Shown: positions 55,434 to 64,000 of the stretch, one piece after another
Numbering within the stretch: position 1 is the stretch's first letter
Layout: every line of letters starts with the position of its first letter
Assembly: GCA_963741205.1 (NCBI GenBank)
Contig: CAVUHW010000015.1
Span: 128,001 to 192,000, forward strand
DNA from: Nitrospirota bacterium
Lineage (GTDB): Bacteria > Nitrospirota > UBA9217
Reading direction: 5' to 3'
Length of the DNA stretch: 64,000 bases
Notes under the pieces: model-generated
Seen by the model: the letters and a program-made list of their open reading frames with translations, nothing else
Databases searched by the model: none
What the model was told of the DNA's origin: nothing
Program-made: the position numbers and the translations under genes

Positions 55434-56513
55434 ATGCGAATCGGTGTCCTTTCGGGCGGAGGCGACGCGCCCGGTCTTAACGCGGTCATCAGGGCGGTGG
55501 TCAAGACAGCGGTCTACAAGTACGGCTGGGAGGTGACGGGAATCATCGACGGGTTCGAGGGGCTTCTTACTCCCACGAAGACCCGTCAACTGACATCGTG
55601 GAACACCCGCGGGATCCTTTCTGTCGGCGGCACCATTCTCGGGACCACGAACCGCGGCAATCCTTTTGCCCACAAAACCGTGGTGGGAGGCAAGGAGGTC
55701 GTCGAGGACATGTCGTCCGAGGTTTTAGACAATATCAGGGAACTGGGCCTCGACGTCCTCGTCGTGATCGGCGGAGACGGCTCGCTCAAGATCGGGTACG
55801 GACTCCATAAGCTGGGCATTCCCATGATCGGCGTTCCGAAGACCATCGACAACGATCTCATGGCAACCTATGTGACATTCGGATTCCAAACCGCTGTTGA
55901 CACCGCGACCGAGGCCCTCGACAAACTCCACACGACGGCGGAGAGCCATCAGCGGGTCATCGTTCTTGAAGTGATGGGGAGATATGCGGGCTGGATCGCC
56001 CTCGAAGCCGGCATGGCGGGAAGCGCCGATGTCATCCTGATTCCCGAGATACCTTTCGACATGGATAAGGTGGCGGAGAGGCTGCGCGAACGAAAAAAGG
56101 CGGGCAGCAAGTCCAGCATCGTCGTGGTGGCCGAGGGGGCGAAACCCGCGGGCGGAGAGATGTCGGTCAAGGAATGCGCCACGGATGGCTACGTGCTCAG
56201 GCTCGGCGGCATGGGCGAGATCGTGGCGAACGAGATCAGCAAACGCACAAGCTTCGAGACGCGCGTGACCGTGCTCGGCCACGTGCAGCGGGGAGGCAGC
56301 CCCTGTCCCTTCGACCGTCTTCTGGCTACGCGGTATGGGGCCGCCGCGGTCGAACTCATTGCGCAAAAGAAATACGGCGAGATGGTTTCCTATCAGCCCC
56401 CGGTCATAACATCAGTGCCTCTCGAAAAGGCGATCAGCAGCCTCAAACTCGTCGAGCCCGACAGCGAGTACGTGAACATCGCCGAGGGCATGGGAGTCAG
56501 TTTCGGCAGATGA
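55434..56513 (+). CDS. pfkA: 6-phosphofructokinase, probably ATP-dependent
   Basis: GGGDAPGLN, GGTILGT, GGDGS, PKTIDND, EVMGR, LGHVQRGG. Confidence 0.92.
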   Translation: MRIGVLSGGGDAPGLNAVIRAVVKTAVYKYGWEVTGIIDGFEGLLTPTKTRQLTSWNTRGILSVGGTILGTTNRGNPFAHKTVVGGKEVVEDMSSEVLDNIRELGLDVLVVIGGDGSLKIGYGLHKLGIPMIGVPKTIDNDLMATYVTFGFQTAVDTATEALDKLHTTAESHQRVIVLEVMGRYAGWIALEAGMAGSADVILIPEIPFDMDKVAERLRERKKAGSKSSIVVVAEGAKPAGGEMSVKECATDGYVLRLGGMGEIVANEISKRTSFETRVTVLGHVQRGGSPCPFDRLLATRYGAAAVELIAQKKYGEMVSYQPPVITSVPLEKAISSLKLVEPDSEYVNIAEGMGVSFGR

Positions 56514-57649
56514 GCCTGTTCTTTCTATTCATTTTCGTTGTCTACGGCGGCGTGCACGTCTACGCGTTCCTGCGCGCGAGGAGCGCCTTTGCCTTGGGCC
56601 CGGCTGCGGGCGCGGCGCTCGCCCTCTTCATGCTCCTCATGATCTTCGCCCTCTTCCTGATCCGGGCGCTCGAACAGCATGATTATGAAGTCTCGGCGAG
56701 GGCACTGGCGTACCTCGCCTACTTCTGGATGGCGGCCCTCTTTCTCTTTTTTTGCAGCGCCCTTGTCCTCGACCTTGCAGGCCTTATCATACGCGCCGCG
56801 GGGTGGATGACCCGTTCCGACGTCTCCGCTTATCTCGTATCCGCAAGGACGTCATTTCTCGTGAGCCTCGGTCTTTCCCTCGCCCTCTGCGCGTACGGCT
56901 ATTTTGAGGCGTTCGATATCCGGACGGAGAAGGTCAGGATCGAGACCGCAAAACTTCCCGCCGGCGTCGACAGGATCACGATCGCGCAGATATCGGACGT
57001 CCACCTCGGCCTGATCGTAAGAGCCGAGAGGCTGGCGAAGATGCTCGACATCGTGAGGAACGCCAGGCCCGATATCTTCATCTCCACCGGGGACCTCGTC
57101 GACGCGCAGATCAATCACCTGTCCGGTCTTGCCGAACAGCTTCGCGGGATAAAAGCGAAATATGGAAATTACGCCATCACGGGAAACCACGAGTATTACG
57201 CGGGACTTGCCAAGGCGCTGGACTTCACCAGGGAGGCGGGTTTCAGGGTGCTTCGCAACGAGGCGGTTTCTGCCGGGCCGATCACGATAGCCGGGGTGGA
57301 CGACCGTACGGCGGTACTGTTTAAAATGGAAAAAGCGGTTTCCGAGAAGGAACTCCTGGAAAGTCTTCCCCGGGACAGATTTACGCTCTTTCTGAAACAC
57401 CAGCCGAGGATGGAAAAATCATCAATCGGACTGTTTGACTTGCAACTGTCCGGCCATACCCATAAGGGCCAGATATTTCCCTTCACCCTCCTGGTCCGAC
57501 GTATCTTTCCGACGATCGCCGGCGACTACGACCTCGGAAATGGGTCCCGGCTTCACGTCAGCCGCGGCACCGGCACGTGGGGACCGCCCATACGCTTTCT
57601 CGCTCCGCCGGAGGTGACGGTCATCGAACTGGTGCGCACGGGCGTGTGA
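56510..57649 (+). CDS. Membrane-anchored metallophosphoesterase (YkuE-like)
   Basis: N-terminal TMs; SDVH, GDLVD, GNHE, SGHTHKGQ, SRGTG; ATGA overlap with pfkA. Confidence 0.9.
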   Translation: MSLFFLFIFVVYGGVHVYAFLRARSAFALGPAAGAALALFMLLMIFALFLIRALEQHDYEVSARALAYLAYFWMAALFLFFCSALVLDLAGLIIRAAGWMTRSDVSAYLVSARTSFLVSLGLSLALCAYGYFEAFDIRTEKVRIETAKLPAGVDRITIAQISDVHLGLIVRAERLAKMLDIVRNARPDIFISTGDLVDAQINHLSGLAEQLRGIKAKYGNYAITGNHEYYAGLAKALDFTREAGFRVLRNEAVSAGPITIAGVDDRTAVLFKMEKAVSEKELLESLPRDRFTLFLKHQPRMEKSSIGLFDLQLSGHTHKGQIFPFTLLVRRIFPTIAGDYDLGNGSRLHVSRGTGTWGPPIRFLAPPEVTVIELVRTGV

Positions 57650-58054
57650 CGCCTTCAATGGGAGTCACCGATTGCCGCAACGGTGCGCGCCTGCGTAGGG
57701 GCCGCCGAGAACAACCTGCTGAAGTGGCTTTATTGACTACCTTCCTGGCAAGCAAATGGCGACCGACATATCTTGGATTTACAACCTTCATCGACAATTC
57801 TGGTATTTCAAGAAGTGTAAACCATCAATATCAACATCCTGTAAGTCGCAGCCGTTTGCATTTATCGAAATTATAAGTTTCCCGCCGAATTTATTAATCC
57901 CATAACAACAAATATCATGTTTACCGGTATCGACGTTGGCAACTGGCCTGCACGTTGATGTTTATTATTGCCGTCTCTCTCAATTACCATGGACGGTAAA
58001 GTGTTACCCAATTTCCACAGATTTTTGGTATCATTAACTGCTGGCGTGCACAAG

Positions 58055-58176
58055 TTTATCCGGCCAGGAAAGCCGGTTAACAATTGTTTCATGGAGAGCT
58101 TTAATAGCAGATTCCGCGATGAAGCCTGAACGAGAACCGGTTCATGAGCCTCGATCAGGCAAGAAAGATCATCGAG
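58055..58176 (+). mobile_element. IS3-family transposase remnant (integrase-core C-terminal fragment)
   Basis: FIRPGKPVNNCFMESFNSRFRDE / LNENRFMSLDQARKIIE with a frameshift. Confidence 0.75.
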
Positions 58177-58212
58177 GTACTCGTTTCTTTTTATCAGGAG
58201 GGGTGAAAATAT

Positions 58213-58645
58213 TTGAACATTCTGCTGTGGGTTCTTCGAATCTTGCTGGCTTTGTGGAATATGATAGGTGGTATCGACATGGTCAATAATTATCAACAAT
58301 CGCCAATAGGTGGGCTTTGAACGTTTACCAAAACCTGTCTGGATGGCCCTTGGAGTGCTCCAGGTTCTGTTCGCATTAGGTTTAGTCTTGCCTGGTGTGA
58401 AGGGGTCGTTGCGCAAACTAACCCCCATTTCGGCAGCCTGTCTTGCCGTGATATCGCTATTAGGCATTGCTCTTTCGGTCGTGTTCGTTGCAGTCGGACT
58501 TCCATTCACACCGCTTGGCAGGTACTTCGGTTTCGTGCCCCCGCCATTGTCATTCTATGCGATCCTGGTCGGGCTGGTGGTTCTCTATCTCCTTGCGGTG
58601 GAGGGGAGCAAACAGTGGTTTTTTCATCGATTCGTGGAAAAATGA
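58213..58645 (+). pseudogene. DoxX-like fragment joined to an MgtA-like P-type ATPase C-terminus
   Basis: (M)NILLWVLRILLA...LGLVLP (DoxX-like), then LPFTPLGRYFGFVPPPLSFY...KQWFF (MgtA-like tail); internal frameshift; low GC. Confidence 0.6.
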
Positions 58646-58937
58646 AAGGGAACATGCTTCTTCTAACCAATATTATTCAAGGTAAATTGTAACCTTCCTC
58701 CGTTTGAAGTATTCATTCTTTCAGACTTGCCCATGGCTGAAGTTCCTCGCGAGGGCGCATGGTCGCATTGCTTTATTCTCCGCGTTCAATGTATAATGTT
58801 CAATTCCTTGAAACTCGCGTGCTCGTAGATGAAAGCCGAATAGTAAAGTTTTCGGTCATGCCTGAATATTTCCATCGGTGGCCGTGACGAGGCGAAACGG
58901 GGAAGTGGCAAAAAGGAAGAACCAATTCGATTCTTAT

Positions 58938-59195
58938 TCAGCGGCTGCCCGAGAGGCCCCCGGGAATGACAAACCGTTCGCGGATGATCCGCCGAAACCT
59001 CGGCGAATAAACAAGCTCAAACACGGTTTCCTTGTCCGGGAAAAGGTTCAGCACCGCCTTCTTGGTGTTCGTCAGGATCTCAAAGGCCTCCCGCAGCGTC
59101 AGATCAGACTGCTGCATGAGGACCGCCTGGTTTACATCAACAATAAACCGCAACATCCGCATTCTTTTTTCTTCTTCCTTCAGCGCTTCGCTCAT
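58938..59195 (-). CDS. Conserved hypothetical small protein
   Basis: EEEKRMRMLR...LNLFPDKETVFELVYSPRFRRII. Confidence 0.7.
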   Translation of the reverse strand: MSEALKEEEKRMRMLRFIVDVNQAVLMQQSDLTLREAFEILTNTKKAVLNLFPDKETVFELVYSPRFRRIIRERFVIPGGLSGSR

Positions 59196-59364
59196 GAGCC
59201 CCCCAAAGGTAAACGCGTTAGAATCCTTACCGACTGTGGCTTTGTACCATAATCTATCTGGCAGCTGTCGACCTCCACAGGGGTCGGTTGCTTACTCTAA
59301 CGGGGTAAACTAAAACTAAGATATGATACTGCGGTGAAGCGATTTTTTCAAGGGGGAGGGGGGC

Positions 59365-59907
59365 TTACGGCGTAGTCTTTTCGTACCGGTCGACGACGGC
59401 CGTGTATTTCGCATGAATCATCTTTCTATCGGATTCCTCGAATTCCCGAAGCATGGCATCCTGTTCCCGTTCGGTCAAATACTCCATGGACGCCGGGAAA
59501 AAAACCTGCTCTTCTTTTCGTATATGCGCGTAGTAGAAGTCGATGAGCGTTCCGCATTCATGCACGATGGCTTTCAAGGCTTCACGGGAGCCTTGAAGAT
59601 ATTTGTCCCGCGCCTCGACCAGCCGGCCGACGGTCCTCCTGCCGGTATTATGGTCATCAAGCAGTTCGCGAAGCAAATCTCTATGCGCCGGGGCCATTTG
59701 CTTTTTGGCCACATCTCTGAAAAGGATGGCCTCTTCCTTACCGTGATGGGTCTTATCCGCGTACCATCGGATGAAATCTACGGTCGCGTCTATGAACGCC
59801 GGGTCGATCCGGTCGTTTTCTCGCGCGAGCCGCATTTCTGTCCGGACCACTTCGAGCATTTTCACAATGAGGCCGTGTTCGGTCATTAAAGGGTCTATCG
59901 GTTGCAT
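59365..59907 (-). CDS. Hemerythrin HHE-domain protein
   Basis: LMTEH, YADKTHHGKEEAILF, HNTGR, HIRKEEQVFFP; SD aaggag. Confidence 0.88.
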   Translation of the reverse strand: MQPIDPLMTEHGLIVKMLEVVRTEMRLARENDRIDPAFIDATVDFIRWYADKTHHGKEEAILFRDVAKKQMAPAHRDLLRELLDDHNTGRRTVGRLVEARDKYLQGSREALKAIVHECGTLIDFYYAHIRKEEQVFFPASMEYLTEREQDAMLREFEESDRKMIHAKYTAVVDRYEKTTP

Positions 59908-59926
59908 GGCGCATCTCCTTTGAGGA

Positions 59927-60412
59927 TCAGGTTCCCGGCTCGCGTTCAAAGGTCCCACTCTTCCCGCCTGTTTTTTTCATCAGACGGACGTCGGTAATCG
60001 TCATGGACCGGTCAGCCGCTTTGCACATATCATAGATAGCGAGACCGGCCGCGGACACCGCGGTCAACGCCTCCATCTCAACGCCCGTTCTGTCTGTTGT
60101 TCTCGCAACGGCCCGAATATGCACGTACGATCCGGAAAGGTCCGGCTCAAAGGCGATTTCGACGGAGGTGAGCTCGATCGGATGGCACAGGGGGATCAGT
60201 TCGGCGGTCTTCTTGGCTGCCATGATGCCCGCGATCCGGGCCACCGCAAAGACGTCGCCCTTCGCGACCTTCTTGTCGAGAATGAGCGAGAGTGTTTCGG
60301 GCAGCATGGTGACCCGTCCCTCGGCGACGGCCTCCCGCGGAGTTTTATCTTTTCCCGACACGTCAACCATGCGCGCGGCGCCCTGGTCGTCAAGATGAGT
60401 GAGTTTGGACAT
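59927..60412 (-). CDS. moaC: Cyclic pyranopterin monophosphate synthase
   Basis: [39 protein letters not shown]. Confidence 0.97.
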   Translation of the reverse strand: MSKLTHLDDQGAARMVDVSGKDKTPREAVAEGRVTMLPETLSLILDKKVAKGDVFAVARIAGIMAAKKTAELIPLCHPIELTSVEIAFEPDLSGSYVHIRAVARTTDRTGVEMEALTAVSAAGLAIYDMCKAADRSMTITDVRLMKKTGGKSGTFEREPGT

Positions 60413-60417
60413 AGGAT

Positions 60418-60555
60418 TGTAAATTCCAAATTCAAAAATGCAAATTCCAAATAAATTCCAAGACTCCAGATTTCGAAATCCCGAAACGTTTCGGTCATTA
60501 GCGCTTTGAATTTGAATATTATTTCGAATTTGCTAATTCGGATGCTTGGTAATTG
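60418..60555. repeat. AT-rich periodic palindrome between moaA and moaC
   Basis: aaattcc-like units, central ccgaaac/gtttcgg dyad, tttgaat-like units. Confidence 0.7.
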
Positions 60556-60562
60556 CTCTAAG

Positions 60563-61552
60563 TCATCCTCCGATCCTCGACATCGTCCTTTGGAAGCACT
60601 CTGTTCCTCTCTCCTCGATATGATGCCGCTCCGGTTTGTTTTCGAGCGCGAGTCTGAGCAGACGCTCCAGTTCACTGTCGTCGCATCCTCCGCGCAGGGA
60701 CGACTTGACGTCGATCTCCGCGTCCGACAGCAGGCACGGCCGTATCTTGCCGTCCGCGGTCAGACGCAGGCGCCTGCAGGAGCCGCAGAAGTGCCTGGAG
60801 ATGGGGCTGATGAACCCGATTACGCCTTGTGCGCCCGGCACCTGGAAGTTGTCCGAAGGGCCGCCGGAAGGGGATGCGGTGAAGGGGACGAGCGGGCCCA
60901 GTTCCCGCTCGATGGCGGTGCGAATCGAGTCCGACGAGACGCAGACATCCCGGCTCCAGCGGTCGTTTGCCCCGATGGGCATGAACTCGATGAAACGGAC
61001 CTGGACCCGGCGGTCGAGCGTGAGACGGGCGAAGTCGGCCACCTCGTCGTCGTTTATGCCCCGTACCGGGACCATGTTGATCTTGAGCGGGAAGAAGCCA
61101 AGCTTCTCGGCGAGGTTGATGCCGCGCCACACCGCCTCCCAGCGATCGTGACCGGTGATCTCCCGAAACCTGCGGGCCTTCAGGGAGTCGAGGCTGATGT
61201 TGAGGCGCGGCTTGCCTGCTTTCACAAGGGCCTCGGCCATGTCCTCGAGGAGCACGCCGTTCGTCGTGAGGCTGATGTCCTCGATCCCGTCGAAACGGCC
61301 GAGGGACGCGATGAAGTCGATGATACCCCGCCTGACCAGCGGTTCACCGCCGGTGATCCGGACGCGGGAGATGCCGAGCGGCACCGCAACGTCCACGAGC
61401 CTCAGGATCTCCTCGTAGGTGAGGATCTCGCGGTGCGCCAGCGTCTTCATGTCCGAGCGGGGTTTGCAGTAGACGCAGGAGAGGTTGCACCGGTCAGTGA
61501 CGGAAATGCGCAGATAGTCGATGAGACGGTGATGATGGTCGATAAGGGCCAT
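60563..61552 (-). CDS. moaA: GTP 3',8-cyclase (radical SAM)
   Basis: YLRISVTDRCNLSCVYC, TGGEP, RFIEFMP, FCGSCRRLR..CL, C-terminal IGG. Confidence 0.97.
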   Translation of the reverse strand: MALIDHHHRLIDYLRISVTDRCNLSCVYCKPRSDMKTLAHREILTYEEILRLVDVAVPLGISRVRITGGEPLVRRGIIDFIASLGRFDGIEDISLTTNGVLLEDMAEALVKAGKPRLNISLDSLKARRFREITGHDRWEAVWRGINLAEKLGFFPLKINMVPVRGINDDEVADFARLTLDRRVQVRFIEFMPIGANDRWSRDVCVSSDSIRTAIERELGPLVPFTASPSGGPSDNFQVPGAQGVIGFISPISRHFCGSCRRLRLTADGKIRPCLLSDAEIDVKSSLRGGCDDSELERLLRLALENKPERHHIEERGTECFQRTMSRIGG

Positions 61553-61719
61553 GTCGAAACTCTACCACAGCAGTACCCCGTTCTTCAAGGGAAAACCATC
61601 GGCAACTAAGGCCTTGACCCGTTATTCATTTGCCAGTATAATCATAGTGATCTTGTATTGCCGGGTAACCGCGGGACCCTATCGACCATTGTTTCCAATC
61701 GCACTGTACGAAGGACCTC

Positions 61720-62277
61720 ATGCCAAAATCGGGGAAGAGATATTTTTTAGGAAGCAGGGGCAAGGGTTACCTGCAGGCGTCTGGAATGCAGTCCCGGTTC
61801 ATCATCTTTCTTATCTTTCTCCTGATAGCCTATTCGGTCCTTCTTCGGGTTTTCCAGAAGCTCGCTGAAATCGTTCAATTTCCCCTCTTTCTTCCCATCA
61901 CGCTGGTGACGCTTTTGATCTTTATCGGGATCGTCGGCATCATCTATTCCCATACCTTCGTCGGTCCCATCATCCGGATACGCAAAGCCCTGGAGCTGCT
62001 GGCCGAGGGAGAAAGGGATGTTGCCCTGCGGCTCCGTGAGGCGGACGATCCTACCCTGAAGGATCTGGTAAGAACGATCGGACGCTTGTGCGAAAACAGC
62101 AGAGGATCCCAAGTCCTGATTCAGGAAATGGCGGATGATATCTTCAAGGATATTGCGGCTCTTCAGGAAAGTATCCAGCGGGGCGCGGAGAAATCCGAAA
62201 TCCAGAAGCAGCTTGAAGACCTGCAGCGGGACCAGGAGCTTCTGGACAAGGCCATCAAATCATTCGGCAAGATCTAG
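61720..62277 (+). CDS. Two-TM HAMP-domain membrane protein
   Basis: Two TM helices, SHTFVGPIIRI...LR..D HAMP-like segment, coiled coil. Confidence 0.65.
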   Translation: MPKSGKRYFLGSRGKGYLQASGMQSRFIIFLIFLLIAYSVLLRVFQKLAEIVQFPLFLPITLVTLLIFIGIVGIIYSHTFVGPIIRIRKALELLAEGERDVALRLREADDPTLKDLVRTIGRLCENSRGSQVLIQEMADDIFKDIAALQESIQRGAEKSEIQKQLEDLQRDQELLDKAIKSFGKI

Positions 62278-62285
62278 GAGCTGCA

Positions 62286-62567
62286 ATGGCTGAGAGCGGG
62301 TTCAGGGGCAAGAGCATGAGGGCGGTCGCCGTCGATGTGGCTGAAGGCTACGTTTCGGTCAATCCGCTGCTCATCAAGAAATTCGACCAGGATATGGTCA
62401 AGGACCTCTACGAAAATCTGAACAAGACGCTGACGGCCACGAGGAACGAAAAGATCGTCCTGAGCGATCACACCGCGCTCCGGACGCGGAACATGAAACT
62501 CCAGCGGCTGCACAATGCTATGATCGTCCTCAGAAACATCGCGCGGGAGAAGCGCATCGCGCTGTAG
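62286..62567 (+). CDS. Hypothetical protein
   Basis: SD aggag; coding-like codon usage. Confidence 0.65.
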   Translation: MAESGFRGKSMRAVAVDVAEGYVSVNPLLIKKFDQDMVKDLYENLNKTLTATRNEKIVLSDHTALRTRNMKLQRLHNAMIVLRNIAREKRIAL

Positions 62568-62580
62568 CGGAACCCCGACA

Positions 62581-62657
62581 GGGGAATGGGAGAGGGGGTG
62601 ACGGGGTGACAAGGCGTTGCCTTTTCGCCGATTCTCCGTTTCCCCATTCCCCCCGTT
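62581..62657. repeat. Octamer periodic palindrome between convergent genes
   Basis: ggggaatg ggagaggg ggtgacgg ggtgac / tcgccgat tctccgtt tccccatt; related to 46568-46640. Confidence 0.7.
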
Positions 62658-62666
62658 GGTTCTGCC

Positions 62667-63902
62667 TTATCCCACCGCCACGCTGAACCTCTTTTTGAAA
62701 TCCTCGGGCTGCATCTTCGCTGCAGCGGCGACTTTCTTGAGCGCCTCGCCTTCCATATCTTCCTTCTCAAGCCTGATCATATACCGCCGCGCCATATGGT
62801 AATCATCCGAGTTGATGTCAACGGTGCGGATCTTCGTCCTTCCTGTCTTGGGGTCGAGCAGGTCCGCGAACTTGATCGGCATGCAAACGCCGTCCTTGAG
62901 CATGATCATGGCGCCCGAACCGCCCGCAGTGAGGAAATTCACTGCGCTGTAGCCCAGATACCGCGTGTACTCGCGGTCAAAGGGAATAGGCGGATGGCAG
63001 CGCAACTCATAGCCGATGTCCTTGGCAATGATCGTGGTCTTAAGACCGATGGATTCGAGGTCCGCGGTCACGCGCTGCTTCAGTATATCACCGATCGGTA
63101 TTTCGGCGAGGCGGATGTTGCCGTGTTCGTCCCGGGGCACGTCCTTGAGGAAAGTCAGTTCCTCGGGGTCGAACCGCGTTGCCACGCCCTCGGCAATGAC
63201 CGCAACACCGTGGTTCCTTCCGTAGGAGAGGCGCTTGATGATGGCGCCTCCGAGGACGGACACGACCTTCGTGAGCGAAATTTTGCTCCCGAACTCCTCG
63301 GGGATGAGCGTGAGCGTGGCGCCCGCGCCCATGCCCATGCCGAGCGCCAGGTGGCCGGCCGAGCGGCCCATGGCAATAATGAAGTACCAACGGCCCGCGG
63401 TGCGCGCGTCTTCCATGAGGTTTTCGACGAGCTGGGTTCCGACGGTCCGAGCTGTTTCGAAGCCGAAGGTCGGCACGCCGTGGGGGAGCGGCAGATCATT
63501 GTCGATGGTCTTGGGCACATGGCAGACCGCGATTGTTCCGCCCGCTTCCTGTTCAAGGCGGGTCGCGGTGTAGGCCGTGTCGTCGCCGCCGATGGTAACG
63601 AGATATTTTACGCCGAGACCCGCCAGGGCCTTGATGACGTTGGCCATCTTCTCCGGGCTTTTCGTGGGATTCTCGCGCGAGGTACCGATGATCGATCCGC
63701 CGCGCAGGTGGATGCGCGAGATCTGGTCGTTTCCCATATTGGTGGTATGGTGCGTATCGCCCTTGGATAGCCACTTGAACCCGTCATGCACGCCTACAAC
63801 ATCAAGGCCCTGCTTGATCGCCTCGAACGTCACGGCGCTGATCACGCCGTTGATTCCCGGGGCCGGGCCGCCGCCGACCACAATCGCTAGTTTGTTTCCC
63901 AT
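62667..63902 (-). CDS. pfp: Pyrophosphate-dependent phosphofructokinase
   Basis: GGGPAPGIN, GGDDT (Asp = PPi-type), PKTIDND, MGR, GYELRC. Confidence 0.9.
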   Translation of the reverse strand: MGNKLAIVVGGGPAPGINGVISAVTFEAIKQGLDVVGVHDGFKWLSKGDTHHTTNMGNDQISRIHLRGGSIIGTSRENPTKSPEKMANVIKALAGLGVKYLVTIGGDDTAYTATRLEQEAGGTIAVCHVPKTIDNDLPLPHGVPTFGFETARTVGTQLVENLMEDARTAGRWYFIIAMGRSAGHLALGMGMGAGATLTLIPEEFGSKISLTKVVSVLGGAIIKRLSYGRNHGVAVIAEGVATRFDPEELTFLKDVPRDEHGNIRLAEIPIGDILKQRVTADLESIGLKTTIIAKDIGYELRCHPPIPFDREYTRYLGYSAVNFLTAGGSGAMIMLKDGVCMPIKFADLLDPKTGRTKIRTVDINSDDYHMARRYMIRLEKEDMEGEALKKVAAAAKMQPEDFKKRFSVAVG

Positions 63903-64000
63903 GACCGCCTCCTGATCATTTCATATTTTCCGAATTGCATACTCTTAGTGCTGTTAGCACGGCGCAACTCTAACAAATCAAGACGGAAATGTCAATACGG

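Noticed and set aside
56174-56509. N-terminal extension of the metallophosphoesterase ORF
   Set aside because: Overlaps pfkA out of frame; the natural start is ATG 56510 coupled to the pfkA stop.

Overview
GC-rich (~60%) bacterial chromosome segment from an anaerobic, sulfur-dissimilating organism. Gene content and order (adk-sat-aprBA-qmoABC-CBS-hppA; atpF'-F-H-A-G-D-C without the a/c subunits) suggest Nitrospirota (Thermodesulfovibrionia-like) or a deltaproteobacterium; this lineage call is inference. Other loci: a cold-shock/RNA-chaperone cluster (csp, RRM protein, bS21, two unannotated basic mini-ORFs, a rod-shaped candidate ncRNA), guaA, an RcoM-like PAS-LytTR regulator with a stand-alone Ni-Fe CO dehydrogenase, nadB, uvrA, perR-fprA-rubredoxin, radC, moaAC and both ATP- and PPi-type phosphofructokinases. 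Many genes between ~15.6 and 29.6 kb (plus the MFS gene, uvrA and an amidohydrolase) carry 1-2 nt indels that look like long-read consensus errors. The two most striking observations: (1) the rcoM-cooS module is bracketed by a 60-bp direct repeat of the guaA 3' end (51/60 identical), i.e. a relic CO-sensing/CO-oxidising islet integrated at guaA, with four LytTR-type boxes upstream of the cooS promoter; (2) about 15 intergenic 'periodic palindromes' (tandem 7-9-nt units, spacer, reverse-complement tandem units) differ in sequence but share an architecture; repeats occupy five of six ATP-synthase gene junctions, and one arm sits in frame inside guaA. No rRNA, tRNA, CRISPR array or intact transposase/integrase was seen. 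All calls come from reading the sequence; no searches were run.
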